A stretch of DNA of 29,894 bases from IMG/VR virus record IMGVR_UViG_3300017548_000014, positions 1 through 29,894 of that record; one strand, written 5' to 3'. Numbering within the stretch: the stretch's first letter is position 1; each line of letters starts with the position of its first letter. The notes under the pieces are model-generated. The model did no database searches. It was not told where the DNA came from and was given only the letters and a program-made list of their open reading frames with translations. Below are positions 15,956 through 25,045 of the stretch, in pieces. Both the position numbers and the translations under genes were made by a program. The DNA comes from a virus (Duplodnaviria > Caudoviricetes).

Positions 15956-16944
15956 TGCTGCGCGTTCTCGACCTCTTCAGCGGCATTGGCGGCTTCTCTC
16001 TCGGCCTGGAGCGCACTGGCGGTTTCAAGACCGTCGCGTTCTGCGAGATCGAGGAGTTTCCGCGCCGCGTCCTGGCTAAACACTGGCCCGAGGTGCCCTG
16101 CTATCATGACGTGCGAGAACTCACCGCCGAGCGCCTGGCAGCAGATGGAATTGCCGTCGATGTCATCTGCGGAGGGTTCCCATGCCAGGACATCAGCACC
16201 GCGGGAAAGGGCGCTGGCCTCGCTGGCGAGCGAAGCGGCCTATGGCGTGAGTACGCCCGCCTTATTGGCGAGCTTCGACCCCGATACGTCCTCGTGGAGA
16301 ACGTGGCAGCTCTGCTTAGTCGAGGGCTTGGCGAGGTTCTCGGAGAGCTGGCCTCGCTCGGGTTTGATGCTGAGTGGCATTGCATACCAGCTTCCGCCGT
16401 TGGCGCCCCTCACAGACGAGATCGTATCTGGATTGTGGGCTACCCCAACAGTCAACGGGAATTACAATCGCAAGGGGGCGAGCAAATCCAGCGGGGATGG
16501 CCTCGCGACGCAGGTCCGCATGTGGCCGACGCCAACCCGCGTCTATACGAGGGCGGACTGGTCGCCGGAGCGCATCCATGCGCGCCAGGAGGAGGTCAAG
16601 GCGGCAACGCTGGCGAAGGGCAAGCACCACACGGGGAACGGCTTCGGCCTCAATCTGGCTCAGGCGGTGCGCATGTGGCCAACGCCGAACGCGGGGGATT
16701 ACAAGGCCGGGATGTCGAACGCGCCAGGTCGGCAGCAATCCTCCCTTCCGCGTACCGTGGGCATCGTAGAGGGGGTGAGTTCGGGGCGCCGTGGTGGTCT
16801 GAACCCGACGTGGGTCGAGTGGCTCATGGGGTTCCCGATGCGATGGAGCGAATTAGGGGGCTCGGAAACGCAGTCGTCCCGCAAATCCCGGAGCTGATCG
16901 GCTGCGCCATTCTCGCAGCAGAAGCGGGGAGGGCAGCCGCATGA
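15955..16944 (+). CDS. DNA (cytosine-5) methyltransferase, alpha polypeptide
   Basis: DLFSGIGG (I), GGFPCQD (IV), VENV (VI), PHRRDRIW (VIII), LGNAVVP (X); motif IX poorly represented. Confidence 0.95.
   Translation: MLRVLDLFSGIGGFSLGLERTGGFKTVAFCEIEEFPRRVLAKHWPEVPCYHDVRELTAERLAADGIAVDVICGGFPCQDISTAGKGAGLAGERSGLWREYARLIGELRPRYVLVENVAALLSRGLGEVLGELASLGFDAEWHCIPASAVGAPHRRDRIWIVGYPNSQRELQSQGGEQIQRGWPRDAGPHVADANPRLYEGGLVAGAHPCAPGGGQGGNAGEGQAPHGERLRPQSGSGGAHVANAERGGLQGRDVERARSAAILPSAYRGHRRGGEFGAPWWSEPDVGRVAHGVPDAMERIRGLGNAVVPQIPELIGCAILAAEAGRAAA
16106..16897 (+). CDS. Nested +1-frame ORF, putative methyltransferase beta subunit (TRD repeats plus motif IX)
   Basis: Three WxTP repeats and LNPTWVEWLMGFP..W; start uncertain (ATG 16106 or 16145). 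Confidence 0.7.
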   Translation: MTCENSPPSAWQQMELPSMSSAEGSHARTSAPRERALASLASEAAYGVSTPALLASFDPDTSSWRTWQLCLVEGLARFSESWPRSGLMLSGIAYQLPPLAPLTDEIVSGLWATPTVNGNYNRKGASKSSGDGLATQVRMWPTPTRVYTRADWSPERIHARQEEVKAATLAKGKHHTGNGFGLNLAQAVRMWPTPNAGDYKAGMSNAPGRQQSSLPRTVGIVEGVSSGRRGGLNPTWVEWLMGFPMRWSELGGSETQSSRKSRS

Positions 16945-18002
16945 CCCCCGACGCCGCCTTCACCGACTGGAAGCTCCGCGCGCAAGAAGCGGACATTCTG
17001 GAGGAAGCGCGCCGGGCTGGTGCGCAGCTTCGCCGGGCGGGCTCGGAATGGATCGGGCCTTGCTGTGCCTGCGGCGGAACCGACCGCTTCTCCATCCACC
17101 CCGGCAAGCGCGTGTTCAACTGCCGTGGCTTCGGTGGCGGCGGGGTCATCGACATGACCATGCACCTCCACGGCTGCGACTTCCTCAAGGCCTGCGAAAT
17201 CCTGACCGGAGAACCGCCGCCGCGCGGGCAGGGCAGGGACATTTCGCCGGAGGAGAAGGCGGCCCGTGATAGCCGCCGGGCCGATGCGGAACGGAAAGCC
17301 GCGCGCGAAGCTGAGGACGCGACGCGCAAGGCCGCGCGCCGGCGGGGAAGCGCGCGCGGTGTTTGGTGCGAAAGCCTGCCGCTGCCGGGCAGCATCGCTG
17401 AATCCTACCTGATCGGTCGCGGCGTTCCGAAGCCCCCGATGGGCTGGCCGGACGTCCTGCGGTTCCATCCCGACCTCGATTATGAGCTCGACCGCTCCGC
17501 TGCCCGGATGCCCGCGCTTCTCGCCAAGGTGCAGGGTCTGGACGGCAAGGGTTCTGCGGTCTGGCAAATCTACCTCGATCCGAAGGGCGGCAAGGCCAAG
17601 GTCGAGAACCCGAAGGTCGGGCGCGGGCCGGCCGGCGGCGGCGCGGTTCGCATCGGCGGGATTGCCTCGCACATCGGCGTTGCGGAAGGCGTCGAGACGG
17701 CTCTCGCGGCATGGACGCTTGAGGGCTATCGCATCCCGGTCTGGGCCACGCTTTCGACCTCGGGAATGCAGGGTTTCGAGCCGCCCCCGGAAATCGCGAG
17801 GGTCACGATCTTCCCCGACGGCGACCGGCCCAAGGAACGCCCGGACGGCAAGATCATGGACCCGCCGGGGATGAAGGCCGCGCTGGCCCTGCGGGATCGC
17901 CTCGCCGCCGCCGGCATCCGCGCCAGCATCACGCCTCCGCCCTTGGGCAAGGGGGATTTCCTCGACGTTCTGAACAAGGTTCGCAGCCGTGAAGCAGTCT
18001 GA
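16941..18002 (+). CDS. Phage DNA primase (Zn-binding plus Toprim)
   Basis: GPCCACGGTDRF...FNCRG; VAEGVETALA; IFPDGD. Confidence 0.9.
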   Translation: MTPDAAFTDWKLRAQEADILEEARRAGAQLRRAGSEWIGPCCACGGTDRFSIHPGKRVFNCRGFGGGGVIDMTMHLHGCDFLKACEILTGEPPPRGQGRDISPEEKAARDSRRADAERKAAREAEDATRKAARRRGSARGVWCESLPLPGSIAESYLIGRGVPKPPMGWPDVLRFHPDLDYELDRSAARMPALLAKVQGLDGKGSAVWQIYLDPKGGKAKVENPKVGRGPAGGGAVRIGGIASHIGVAEGVETALAAWTLEGYRIPVWATLSTSGMQGFEPPPEIARVTIFPDGDRPKERPDGKIMDPPGMKAALALRDRLAAAGIRASITPPPLGKGDFLDVLNKVRSREAV

Positions 18003-18534
18003 TCTCTTCAACCAGATGAGGCGCGAGGCCGTCATCAGTGAATGCTCGCTCTATCGCTACGAGCTGCGGCGCACATGGGACTTGGGACGGCGGCACCTGC
18101 CAGTGTGCATGTTGAACCCGAGCACCGCTGACCATCTGCAGGACGACCCGACGATCCGAACCCTGATCCACTTCGGTCGGCTGTGGGGCTACGGCGGCGT
18201 CATCATCGTGAACCTGTTCGCCTATCGCTCATCGACGCCGGAAGTGCTGCTCGGCACACCCGATCCCGTCGGCCCAAAGAACGGCCAGCACCTCGTGGAG
18301 ACGCTGGAATACGCGGCTGGATCATCGGGGAAAATGCTCGCGGCCTGGGGGAACGGCGGGACCCTCGGAGACCGCGCCAGCCTGTTTTGCTCCAGCGCGC
18401 GCGGCTACGGGGTCGATCTGGTCTGCCTGGGAACCACGAAGGACGGCAACCCGAAGCATCCGCTGGCTCGCGGACAACACCGCATCCCGCGTGACCAGCA
18501 GCCGATCCTCTGGCGCGGAGCCGCATCCGCATGA
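17989..18534 (+). CDS. DUF1643-family protein
   Basis: YRYELRRTW, MLNPSTAD..DDPTI, VNLFAYR, AAWGN, PKHPL. Confidence 0.85.
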   Translation: MKQSDLFNQMRREAVISECSLYRYELRRTWDLGRRHLPVCMLNPSTADHLQDDPTIRTLIHFGRLWGYGGVIIVNLFAYRSSTPEVLLGTPDPVGPKNGQHLVETLEYAAGSSGKMLAAWGNGGTLGDRASLFCSSARGYGVDLVCLGTTKDGNPKHPLARGQHRIPRDQQPILWRGAASA

Positions 18535-19916
18535 ACGCGCACTCCATGCCCGACCAGAACAGAATGATCGTGGACAGCGCGGAGAAAGCCGTGCTGGGCG
18601 CGTTGATGCTGTCCGAGCACGCTTTCTGGCAGGTCAACGACCGCCTCCGCGCCGACCACTTCCACAAGAAGATCCACCAGCGGATTTTCAGCGCCATCAA
18701 AGACGTGTGCGAGGAGGGGAAGAAGCTTTCCCAGACCATCGTGCAGAGCCGGCTTGGCGATGACGCGGAGGAGGATGGGTATTCCATCGCCGCCTATCTC
18801 GCTGTGCTGATGACGGGAGCGGAAGAGATCGACCTTTCCGTGCTCGATTTCGTCGACCAGGTCGTGGACGCGGGCGAGCGCCGGCGGCTGGTGCGGATCG
18901 CCGAGCAGTTGATGAAGGCGGCGCGCACTGGAGACAAGCCGCCGATCGACGTCGCGGGCGAGGCGGAATCCGCATTGCTCGACGTGATGCACGCCACGGC
19001 GCCGAAGCGGCCGCGCCGGCTCGGTGAACTGACATCGAGCGTGATGCGCGACGCCTTCCGCGCCAATGACGACAGCGCGTTCTCTCCCGGCTTCGATACC
19101 GGCTTGGCCTCGGTCGACGAGGTGCTGGGCCTCATCCTCCCCGGCGATCTCGGGTTCATCCTCGGCAGCCAGGCCGACGGCAAGAGCTCGCTCGGCGCCC
19201 AGATCGGAATGCAGGCGGCAAAGACATGCCCGGTCCTGACCTTCCAGCTTGAGATGACCGCCGAGCAGCAGGCCGCGCGCGAGCTGGCCGCGGCTTCTGG
19301 GATTTCCGTCGGGCTCATCCAGGAGGGCGGGTTCGACCTCATGGGGCAGGAACTGATAGCCACCGCCAATCAGGCGCTGCGCGACGTGCCGTTCTTCATC
19401 CACGACGAGGGCAAGCTGACCATCCGGCAAATGCGCGCCCAATGCCTCGCCATGAAGCGCACCACCGGACTCGGCATGGTCATCATCGACCAGCTCGACA
19501 AGATCAGATCGGAATCCAAGCACCGCGACCGCTTCGAGCGGCTGGCGGAGGTCACCGGCGATCTCAAGGGGCTGGCCAAGGAGCTCGGCGTGCCGGTCAT
19601 CACCCTGGCGCAGCGCACGCGCGGGGCCCAGCGCCGCGATGATCCCACGCCCATGATCGACGATGCCGACGCACCCTCGATCGAGCGCGACGGAGATTGG
19701 GTGCTTGCGGTCTGGCGCCGGGAGAATTGGTTGCGCAAGAACCGCCCGAATGCGAAGGCCGGCGGCGAAGCAATGGACGCATGGGAAGGCGAGATGAGCC
19801 GGGCGCGCGGCCGCGCCGACGTCATCTGCCTCAAGCGCCGTCGCGGCCAGGCTTTCGAGCAGCGCGGCCTCAAATGGAACGGCCCCCTGACCCGGTTTGA
19901 GGAGATCAGCGGGTGA
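18531..19916 (+). CDS. dnaB: DnaB-like replicative helicase
   Basis: AEKAVLGALM, GSQADGKS (Walker A), FQLEM, IIDQL, LKGLAKELGVPVITLAQ, IERDGD. Confidence 0.92.
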   Translation: MNAHSMPDQNRMIVDSAEKAVLGALMLSEHAFWQVNDRLRADHFHKKIHQRIFSAIKDVCEEGKKLSQTIVQSRLGDDAEEDGYSIAAYLAVLMTGAEEIDLSVLDFVDQVVDAGERRRLVRIAEQLMKAARTGDKPPIDVAGEAESALLDVMHATAPKRPRRLGELTSSVMRDAFRANDDSAFSPGFDTGLASVDEVLGLILPGDLGFILGSQADGKSSLGAQIGMQAAKTCPVLTFQLEMTAEQQAARELAAASGISVGLIQEGGFDLMGQELIATANQALRDVPFFIHDEGKLTIRQMRAQCLAMKRTTGLGMVIIDQLDKIRSESKHRDRFERLAEVTGDLKGLAKELGVPVITLAQRTRGAQRRDDPTPMIDDADAPSIERDGDWVLAVWRRENWLRKNRPNAKAGGEAMDAWEGEMSRARGRADVICLKRRRGQAFEQRGLKWNGPLTRFEEISG

Positions 19917-20326
19917 GCCAGATCGACCGCCTCTGCGATCAGGTCGGGGTCAACATCGTCTCCCCGTTCAAGAGGTTCCGGCCGGGCCAGACCCGCGCGA
20001 GGCGCGTGCTGCGCAAGCTCCTTCGCCATCATGGTGAAGGGCATGTTCTTTTCGTGCTGCGCACCATCGTGGAGAGCCGCAATAACAGGGCGGAGTTGTG
20101 GAGCGAAACCATCATGGCGGTGTCCGACATAGTGGTGATGCGTCCCGACCTTGCCGGCAAAGGCCTCGCCTTCATCGAAGCATTCGACGACATCCCTCTC
20201 GGGGAAGTGCGCGAGAGAGCCCGTAGGATGGCGCTGGGCAGCAAACGGCAGGTCATGCGTGTGCTGATAGCGGAAAAGCTGGAAGGGGCGCTGGCGGCGC
20301 CGGAGAGCCAAGGGAGGCTGCTATGA
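19913..20326 (+). CDS. Hypothetical phage protein (137 aa)
   Basis: Coupled at both ends; HGEGHVLFVLRTIVES. Confidence 0.8.
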   Translation: MSQIDRLCDQVGVNIVSPFKRFRPGQTRARRVLRKLLRHHGEGHVLFVLRTIVESRNNRAELWSETIMAVSDIVVMRPDLAGKGLAFIEAFDDIPLGEVRERARRMALGSKRQVMRVLIAEKLEGALAAPESQGRLL

Positions 20327-20856
20327 CCTGGACACCGGAAATCGTCTTCGCCCGCTTCATCGAGGCTGCCGACACGGAATGGCGTTCGCCTCGGGAGCGC
20401 TTCGGTCCCCGCGCCGCGCCTGCGTTCTGGCCCGAGTACCAGCACTCCTTTACCGAGATGCGGGAATGGGGCGACAAGCGCCTCCGCGAGCACCGGGCGG
20501 AGTTCTGGGGCGAGCGCAACCGGCCCTCTGCCGCCGCTATTTCCCGCATGGACGAAGCGCTAGGCTGGGGCATCACTCTCCTTGATGCAGACCACAACAA
20601 GGTGCTCTGGGGGAAGTGTTTCTGTCTCGTGGCGGGCCGCAAATTCACCGATTGGTGCCGCGTTAACCGGCTAAATCGGAGAACGGCATATCGGCATTTT
20701 AATGAAGCGCTCGAAACGATTAGCGCAAGCCTCTGTCGGAACAACGTTTTGCGACGCGACCCCGACTTCGATCTCGTGTCACAGATTTGCCTGGTGCGTG
20801 GTATTGATCCCGTCATGCTTGGCGGTTCTGCGGGCGAGATAGCCGAGGCCGCTTAG
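20323..20856 (+). CDS. Putative late-gene regulator (Q-position, DUF6362-like)
   Basis: WTPEIVFARFIEAADT...WPEY...PSAAAISRMDEALGW...RRTAYRHF; last early gene before packaging. Confidence 0.7.
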   Translation: MTWTPEIVFARFIEAADTEWRSPRERFGPRAAPAFWPEYQHSFTEMREWGDKRLREHRAEFWGERNRPSAAAISRMDEALGWGITLLDADHNKVLWGKCFCLVAGRKFTDWCRVNRLNRRTAYRHFNEALETISASLCRNNVLRRDPDFDLVSQICLVRGIDPVMLGGSAGEIAEAA

Positions 20857-20872
20857 AGCAACCAGTTTCAGT

Positions 20873-20957
20873 TCGGTAGGTCAGCAGGCAATCCGGTGCT
20901 TCGGCGGCCGGTACGCGCCACATGGGTTCGATACCATGCGAGCTGATGGCCCGACCA
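20873..20957 (+). ncRNA. tRNA-like element (T-loop hairpin, UUCG hairpin, 3' CCA), not a canonical tRNA
   Basis: CATGG-GTTCGATA-CCATG (20921-20938), GC-TTCG-GC hairpin, GTCAGC/GCTGAT and TCGG/CCGA closing stems, then CCA. Confidence 0.4.
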
Positions 20958-20958
20958 A

Positions 20959-21057
20959 GTTCTGACAGGCGAGAAAAGCCGACAGCGCATCGGCACCGGC
21001 TGAGAGGTCCATAGAGCGTCGTGGATAGCGCCACGGGCGCCGCTCAGATGTCAGAAC
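20959..21057 (+). ncRNA. Second candidate structured RNA in the late leader
   Basis: Perfect 9-bp closing stem GTTCTGACA/TGTCAGAAC enclosing GCCGA/TCGGC and TCGTGG/CCACGG hairpins. Confidence 0.4.
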
Positions 21058-21132
21058 GAAGTCTCCCGTCCATCGGGCTTGCGAGTCGTCTCGGATCACA
21101 CCGGGGCGGCTCTTCTCGTTTCAGGAGCCGTC

Positions 21133-21471
21133 ATGCGAAAGCTCACGCCAGAGCAGCGCGAGGCTCTTCTGACGGCCTATCTTGCAGGCGTGCCAGCAGC
21201 CGCTCTTGCCCGGCAGTACGGCGTTCGTCCCGAATATGCCCGCACTCTGGCTCAGCGCCGCGGTGTAGGCCGTGGAGGCTATGGACGCCGCCCGCGTCCG
21301 CGCACCGCCTTGCCGCCGCAGCAGCGCCGCGGGGAGCCCGACCCGATCACTGACGACACCATCGCCCGCGTGACCTGGCTCCATAAGGTGCAGGGCCTCT
21401 CGTCTCTCCGGATCGCGCCTCTGGTCCGGCTTCCGTACCGGGAGGTGGAGAGGATCATCGGGGCGGGTTAG
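21133..21471 (+). CDS. HTH DNA-binding protein
   Basis: AGGAG RBS; LTPEQREALLTAYLAGVPAAALARQYGVRPEYAR; second HTH-like C-terminus. Confidence 0.75.
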   Translation: MRKLTPEQREALLTAYLAGVPAAALARQYGVRPEYARTLAQRRGVGRGGYGRRPRPRTALPPQQRRGEPDPITDDTIARVTWLHKVQGLSSLRIAPLVRLPYREVERIIGAG

Positions 21472-21656
21472 ATGCCGGCGGCTGCTTTGATGTTCGCAAG
21501 CAATTCATCGTGCCGGGCAAAGAGCGGCTTCATGAGCCGAATCTTCTCCATGCGCTCGTCGGGGGAAAGCGCCGGGTCGGCGGCCTCATTGATCATTGGA
21601 GCAAGCGCGTTGACCACCGCCTTGTATTCCTCGATGTCGTGCTGAACCTCGTCCAT
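21468..21656 (-). CDS. Small antisense helical protein (62 aa)
   Basis: Purine-rich RBS, helical-hairpin composition, fills the gap before terS. Confidence 0.55.
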   Translation of the reverse strand: MDEVQHDIEEYKAVVNALAPMINEAADPALSPDERMEKIRLMKPLFARHDELLANIKAAAGI

Positions 21657-21699
21657 CTCTTCGCCCCGGCTTTTGATTAGAAATCAGAGGAAATCAAAC

Positions 21700-22071
21700 G
21701 TGGCACGAGGTGGCAAGCGGGATGGGGCTGGAAGGCCCAGAGGAGCCCGTACACAGCGAACGCGCGAAATCGCGGAGCGTGCTGCCAAGGAAGGCCTGAC
21801 GCCACTGGAGGTCATGCTGCGGGCAATGCGAGAGCATGCCGAAAAGAACGAGTGGGATGCCGCCGCCGGCATCGCCAAGGATGCGGCGCCCTACATGCAC
21901 CCGCGGCTTGCCTCGATGCAGCACAGCGGCCCCAACGGCGGCCCGATCCAGACCGTTGACCTGACCAAAGCGAGTGACGATGACCTTGCCCGTCTCGAAG
22001 CGCTCTTCGGTCCTCTTGCCGGTGCCGCCGGCGGAGATGCTGAAGGCGATCAGGGCGGAGAGGGCGCGTAG
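21700..22071 (+). CDS. terS: Terminase small subunit
   Basis: RGGKRDGAGRPRG, TPLEVML, AKDAAPYMHPRL, HSGPNGGPIQ; GTG with AGAGG RBS. Confidence 0.85.
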   Translation: MARGGKRDGAGRPRGARTQRTREIAERAAKEGLTPLEVMLRAMREHAEKNEWDAAAGIAKDAAPYMHPRLASMQHSGPNGGPIQTVDLTKASDDDLARLEALFGPLAGAAGGDAEGDQGGEGA

Positions 22072-23539
22072 GGCAGCAGAGCAGGAGCGGGAGCGGCTTC
22101 GCAACGACGCCGAGCGCATCCGCGAGCGGTGCAAGACGCTCTCCGGCTTCGTCCGCGAGGCCTGGCATGTGCTGGAGCCGACGCAGCCCTATGTGCACGG
22201 CTGGCACATCGACGCGATCTGCCGCCACCTCGAGGCGATCACCTGGGGCGAGTTCATTCGCATGGGGCTGGAGAACCGGCTCCTGATCAACGTGCCGCCC
22301 GGCACCATGAAGTCGCTGATCGTGTCGGTGTTCTGGCCGGCTTGGGAGTGGGGGCCGTGCGGCTTCCCGGCCATGCGCTACCTGACGACGTCCTACGCGG
22401 AGAAATACGTCAAGCGCGACAGCCGGCGAATGCGAGATCTGGTCGCGAGCGAGTGGTATCGCAGCCTCTGGCCCGAGGTGGATCTGGTGAGGGCAGGCGA
22501 GGCCTCCTTCGCCAACAGCAAGACCGGGTTTCGCGAGGGCATGCCGTTCGCGTCCCTGACCGGCGGTCGCGGGGACCGTGTGCTGATCGACGATCCGCAC
22601 TCGACCGAGACCGCGGAATCGGATGCCGAGCGCGAGAACACAACCCGCATCTTTCGGGAAGCGGTTCCGACCCGCCTCAACAACCCGGCCACGTCGGCCA
22701 TCGTCGTCATCATGCAGCGCCTGCACGAGCAGGACGTCTCGGGGCAAATCCTCAGCCTGAAGCTGGGGTACGAGCACCTGATGCTGCCGATGGAATTCGA
22801 GCCCGAGCGGCGGTGCCATACCTCGCTCGGCTTTGAAGACCCGCGCACCTATGAAGGGGAGCTTCTGTTCCCCGAGCGCTTCCCGCGCGAGGTAGTGGAC
22901 CGCGACAAGGTGCCGATGGGCTCCTATGCGGTCGCGGGGCAGTTTCAGCAGAGGCCGGCACCGCGCTCTGGCGGCATGTTCCAGCGCGGCGACTTCCAGA
23001 TCGTCGATGCGGTTCCCGCCGGTGCCCAACGCTGCCGAGCCTGGGACTTCGCGGCCACGGCACCCAAGAACGGCAAGCAACCGGATTGGACCGTTGGCCT
23101 GCGCATGGCCTATGCCGGCGGCATCTTCTACGTCGAGGACGTGGTTCGCGATCGTTGGTCGCCCGCCGATGTCGAGAAGAACCTGAAGAACACCGCCAGC
23201 CAGGACGGCCTCGAGGTGCGCATCCGCATCCCCGAAGACCCGGGGGCGGCTGGCAAGGCCGACGCCCAGACGAAGATCAAGTTGCTGGCCGGCTATGACG
23301 TCGCCGCGGTGCGCCCGACTGGGGAGAAGTCCGTGCGCGCAAAGCCGGCATCGGCTCAGACCGAAGCGGGCAATGTGAAGCTCGTCCGCGGCTCTTGGAA
23401 CGACGCCTTCCTCGATGAGGTCTGCACGTTCCCGAACGCCCAACACGATGACCAAGTCGACGCCTTCGCCGATGCGCTGAACGAGCTTGCCCTTGGCGTT
23501 GATGCCACCTCTGCCGTTGTCGAGACAGGATTCTACTGA
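21974..23539 (+). CDS. terL: Terminase large subunit (start uncertain, 21974-22037)
   Basis: NVPPGTMKS, LIDDPH, IMQRLH, RAWDFAAT, FPNAQHDDQVDA. Confidence 0.95.
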   Translation: MTMTLPVSKRSSVLLPVPPAEMLKAIRAERARRAAEQERERLRNDAERIRERCKTLSGFVREAWHVLEPTQPYVHGWHIDAICRHLEAITWGEFIRMGLENRLLINVPPGTMKSLIVSVFWPAWEWGPCGFPAMRYLTTSYAEKYVKRDSRRMRDLVASEWYRSLWPEVDLVRAGEASFANSKTGFREGMPFASLTGGRGDRVLIDDPHSTETAESDAERENTTRIFREAVPTRLNNPATSAIVVIMQRLHEQDVSGQILSLKLGYEHLMLPMEFEPERRCHTSLGFEDPRTYEGELLFPERFPREVVDRDKVPMGSYAVAGQFQQRPAPRSGGMFQRGDFQIVDAVPAGAQRCRAWDFAATAPKNGKQPDWTVGLRMAYAGGIFYVEDVVRDRWSPADVEKNLKNTASQDGLEVRIRIPEDPGAAGKADAQTKIKLLAGYDVAAVRPTGEKSVRAKPASAQTEAGNVKLVRGSWNDAFLDEVCTFPNAQHDDQVDAFADALNELALGVDATSAVVETGFY

Positions 23540-24957
23540 TGGCCTTCAATCCTGACGCCCGACACCCGCTCTATCTCGCGTTCGACCCCTCGTGGAAGCT
23601 GATGCGCGACGCGGTTGAGGGCGAGGACGCGATCAAGGCCAAGGGGACGCGCTATCTGCCGATGAAGTCGGGCATCGTCGCCATGACGGACCCGACGCAG
23701 AAGACCAAGGCCTACGACGCCTACAAGCTGCGGGCCGAGTTCCCTGAACTGGTCGCGCCGACGATCCGCGGCTCGGTCGGCACGATGCTGGAAAAGCCGG
23801 CCGTCATCGAACTGCCGGATGCGCTGGAGCCGCTGCGAGAGAAAGCCACACGGGACGGCATGACGCTGGACGCGCTGCACCGGCGCATCTGCGTCGAGCT
23901 GATGACGGTGGGCCGCTACGGCGTTCTGCCCGGCATTGGTCAGGACGGCGCGCCATACCTAGCCGGCTATGTCACCGAGGCCATCACCAACTGGGACGAG
24001 ACCGATCACGTCGTCGACTGGCTGATGCTGGACGAGAGCGCGCCGGTGCTGGATCGCTCGACCGGAGAATGGACCTGCCGGGAGCAGTATCGCGAGTGCT
24101 ACGTCGAGAATGGCAGCTATGTCGCTCGTGTCTGGACGAAGGGATCGGCGGGCTGGATATCTTCCGATCCTGTCGGGGCATCCGATCAGAAGCGCAAGCC
24201 GCTCGGCATCCTGCCATTCGTGTTCATCGACTCGGCGGACCTTTCCGCCAATCCTGACGATGTGCCGCTGTACGGCCTCGCCAAGCTCGCCGTGCGGGTC
24301 TACCGCATGGATGCGGACTATACCTTCGCGCTGCACATGACCTCGGAGCCGACGCCGGTCGCGATCGGGTTCGACAGCCCCAAGGACGCGGTCAAGGAAG
24401 GCCTGGCACCGAGCACGCTTGGCGCCTCCAAGCTTTGGCTCCTGCCCAAGGGCGGCGACGCGAAATATCTGGAGTTCTCCGGTCCGGGCCTGGAGCAGCA
24501 GGCCAAGGCCATCGACGCATCGCTGCAGCGGGCGATCATCTTCGGCGCCCAGCTTTTTGCCGACAACAAGAAGGCGGCGGAGAGCGGAGAGGCGATAAAG
24601 ACGCGGCTCGGCAATCAGCAGGCCACGCTGAAGTCGATCGCGCAGAACAGCGCGGCCGGGCTGGAGAAGGCGCTCAAGAACACGGCTCTCTGGGTCGGCG
24701 CTGATCCCGACAAGGTGAAGGTGACGCCGAACCTCGATTTCGCCGATCACACCCTCACGGCGCAGGAAATAACGGCCGTCGTGGGTGGCTGGCAGGCCGG
24801 CGCCTATTCGTGGCGCTCCGCCTTCGATCGGCTCCAGAAGGGCGGCGTTGTCCCCGACGACAGAACGCCCGAGGAAGAGCTCGAAATGATCGACCAGGAC
24901 GAGATCGATCACGAAGACGCCGCCGCAGCGATGCTGCCGGACCAGACCGCCGAATAG
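23539..24957 (+). CDS. Portal protein (DUF4055 type)
   Basis: 472 aa directly after terL; EGEDAIKAKGTRYLP, YDAYKLRAEFP, LPFVFI, AESGEA. Confidence 0.9.
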   Translation: MAFNPDARHPLYLAFDPSWKLMRDAVEGEDAIKAKGTRYLPMKSGIVAMTDPTQKTKAYDAYKLRAEFPELVAPTIRGSVGTMLEKPAVIELPDALEPLREKATRDGMTLDALHRRICVELMTVGRYGVLPGIGQDGAPYLAGYVTEAITNWDETDHVVDWLMLDESAPVLDRSTGEWTCREQYRECYVENGSYVARVWTKGSAGWISSDPVGASDQKRKPLGILPFVFIDSADLSANPDDVPLYGLAKLAVRVYRMDADYTFALHMTSEPTPVAIGFDSPKDAVKEGLAPSTLGASKLWLLPKGGDAKYLEFSGPGLEQQAKAIDASLQRAIIFGAQLFADNKKAAESGEAIKTRLGNQQATLKSIAQNSAAGLEKALKNTALWVGADPDKVKVTPNLDFADHTLTAQEITAVVGGWQAGAYSWRSAFDRLQKGGVVPDDRTPEEELEMIDQDEIDHEDAAAAMLPDQTAE

Positions 24958-24981
24958 GCGCCACCTAGATCAGCTTTCACC

Positions 24982-25005
24982 ACCCGCCCATTGAGGCGGG
25001 TTTTT
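24982..25005 (+). terminator. Rho-independent terminator after portal
   Basis: ACCCGCC-cattga-GGCGGGT followed by a T run. Confidence 0.75.
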
Positions 25006-25045
25006 CATGCCGGCGAGCCCGGTCACCAGCACAGGAGCAAGCCCG

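Noticed and set aside
19140-19200. Atypical DnaB Walker A (GSQADGKS) as a sign of an inactive helicase
   Set aside because: GKS, the catalytic Glu (LEM), Walker B Asp and the K-x-R finger region are retained
20940-21010. Hammerhead ribozyme core (CTGATGG, CTGAGAG)
   Set aside because: Neither matches CUGANGA with a correctly placed GAAA
21672-21698. TGATT/AATCA repeats before terS as a CI operator or pac site
   Set aside because: Differs from the TGATA-N4-TATCA consensus and is too short to support a call
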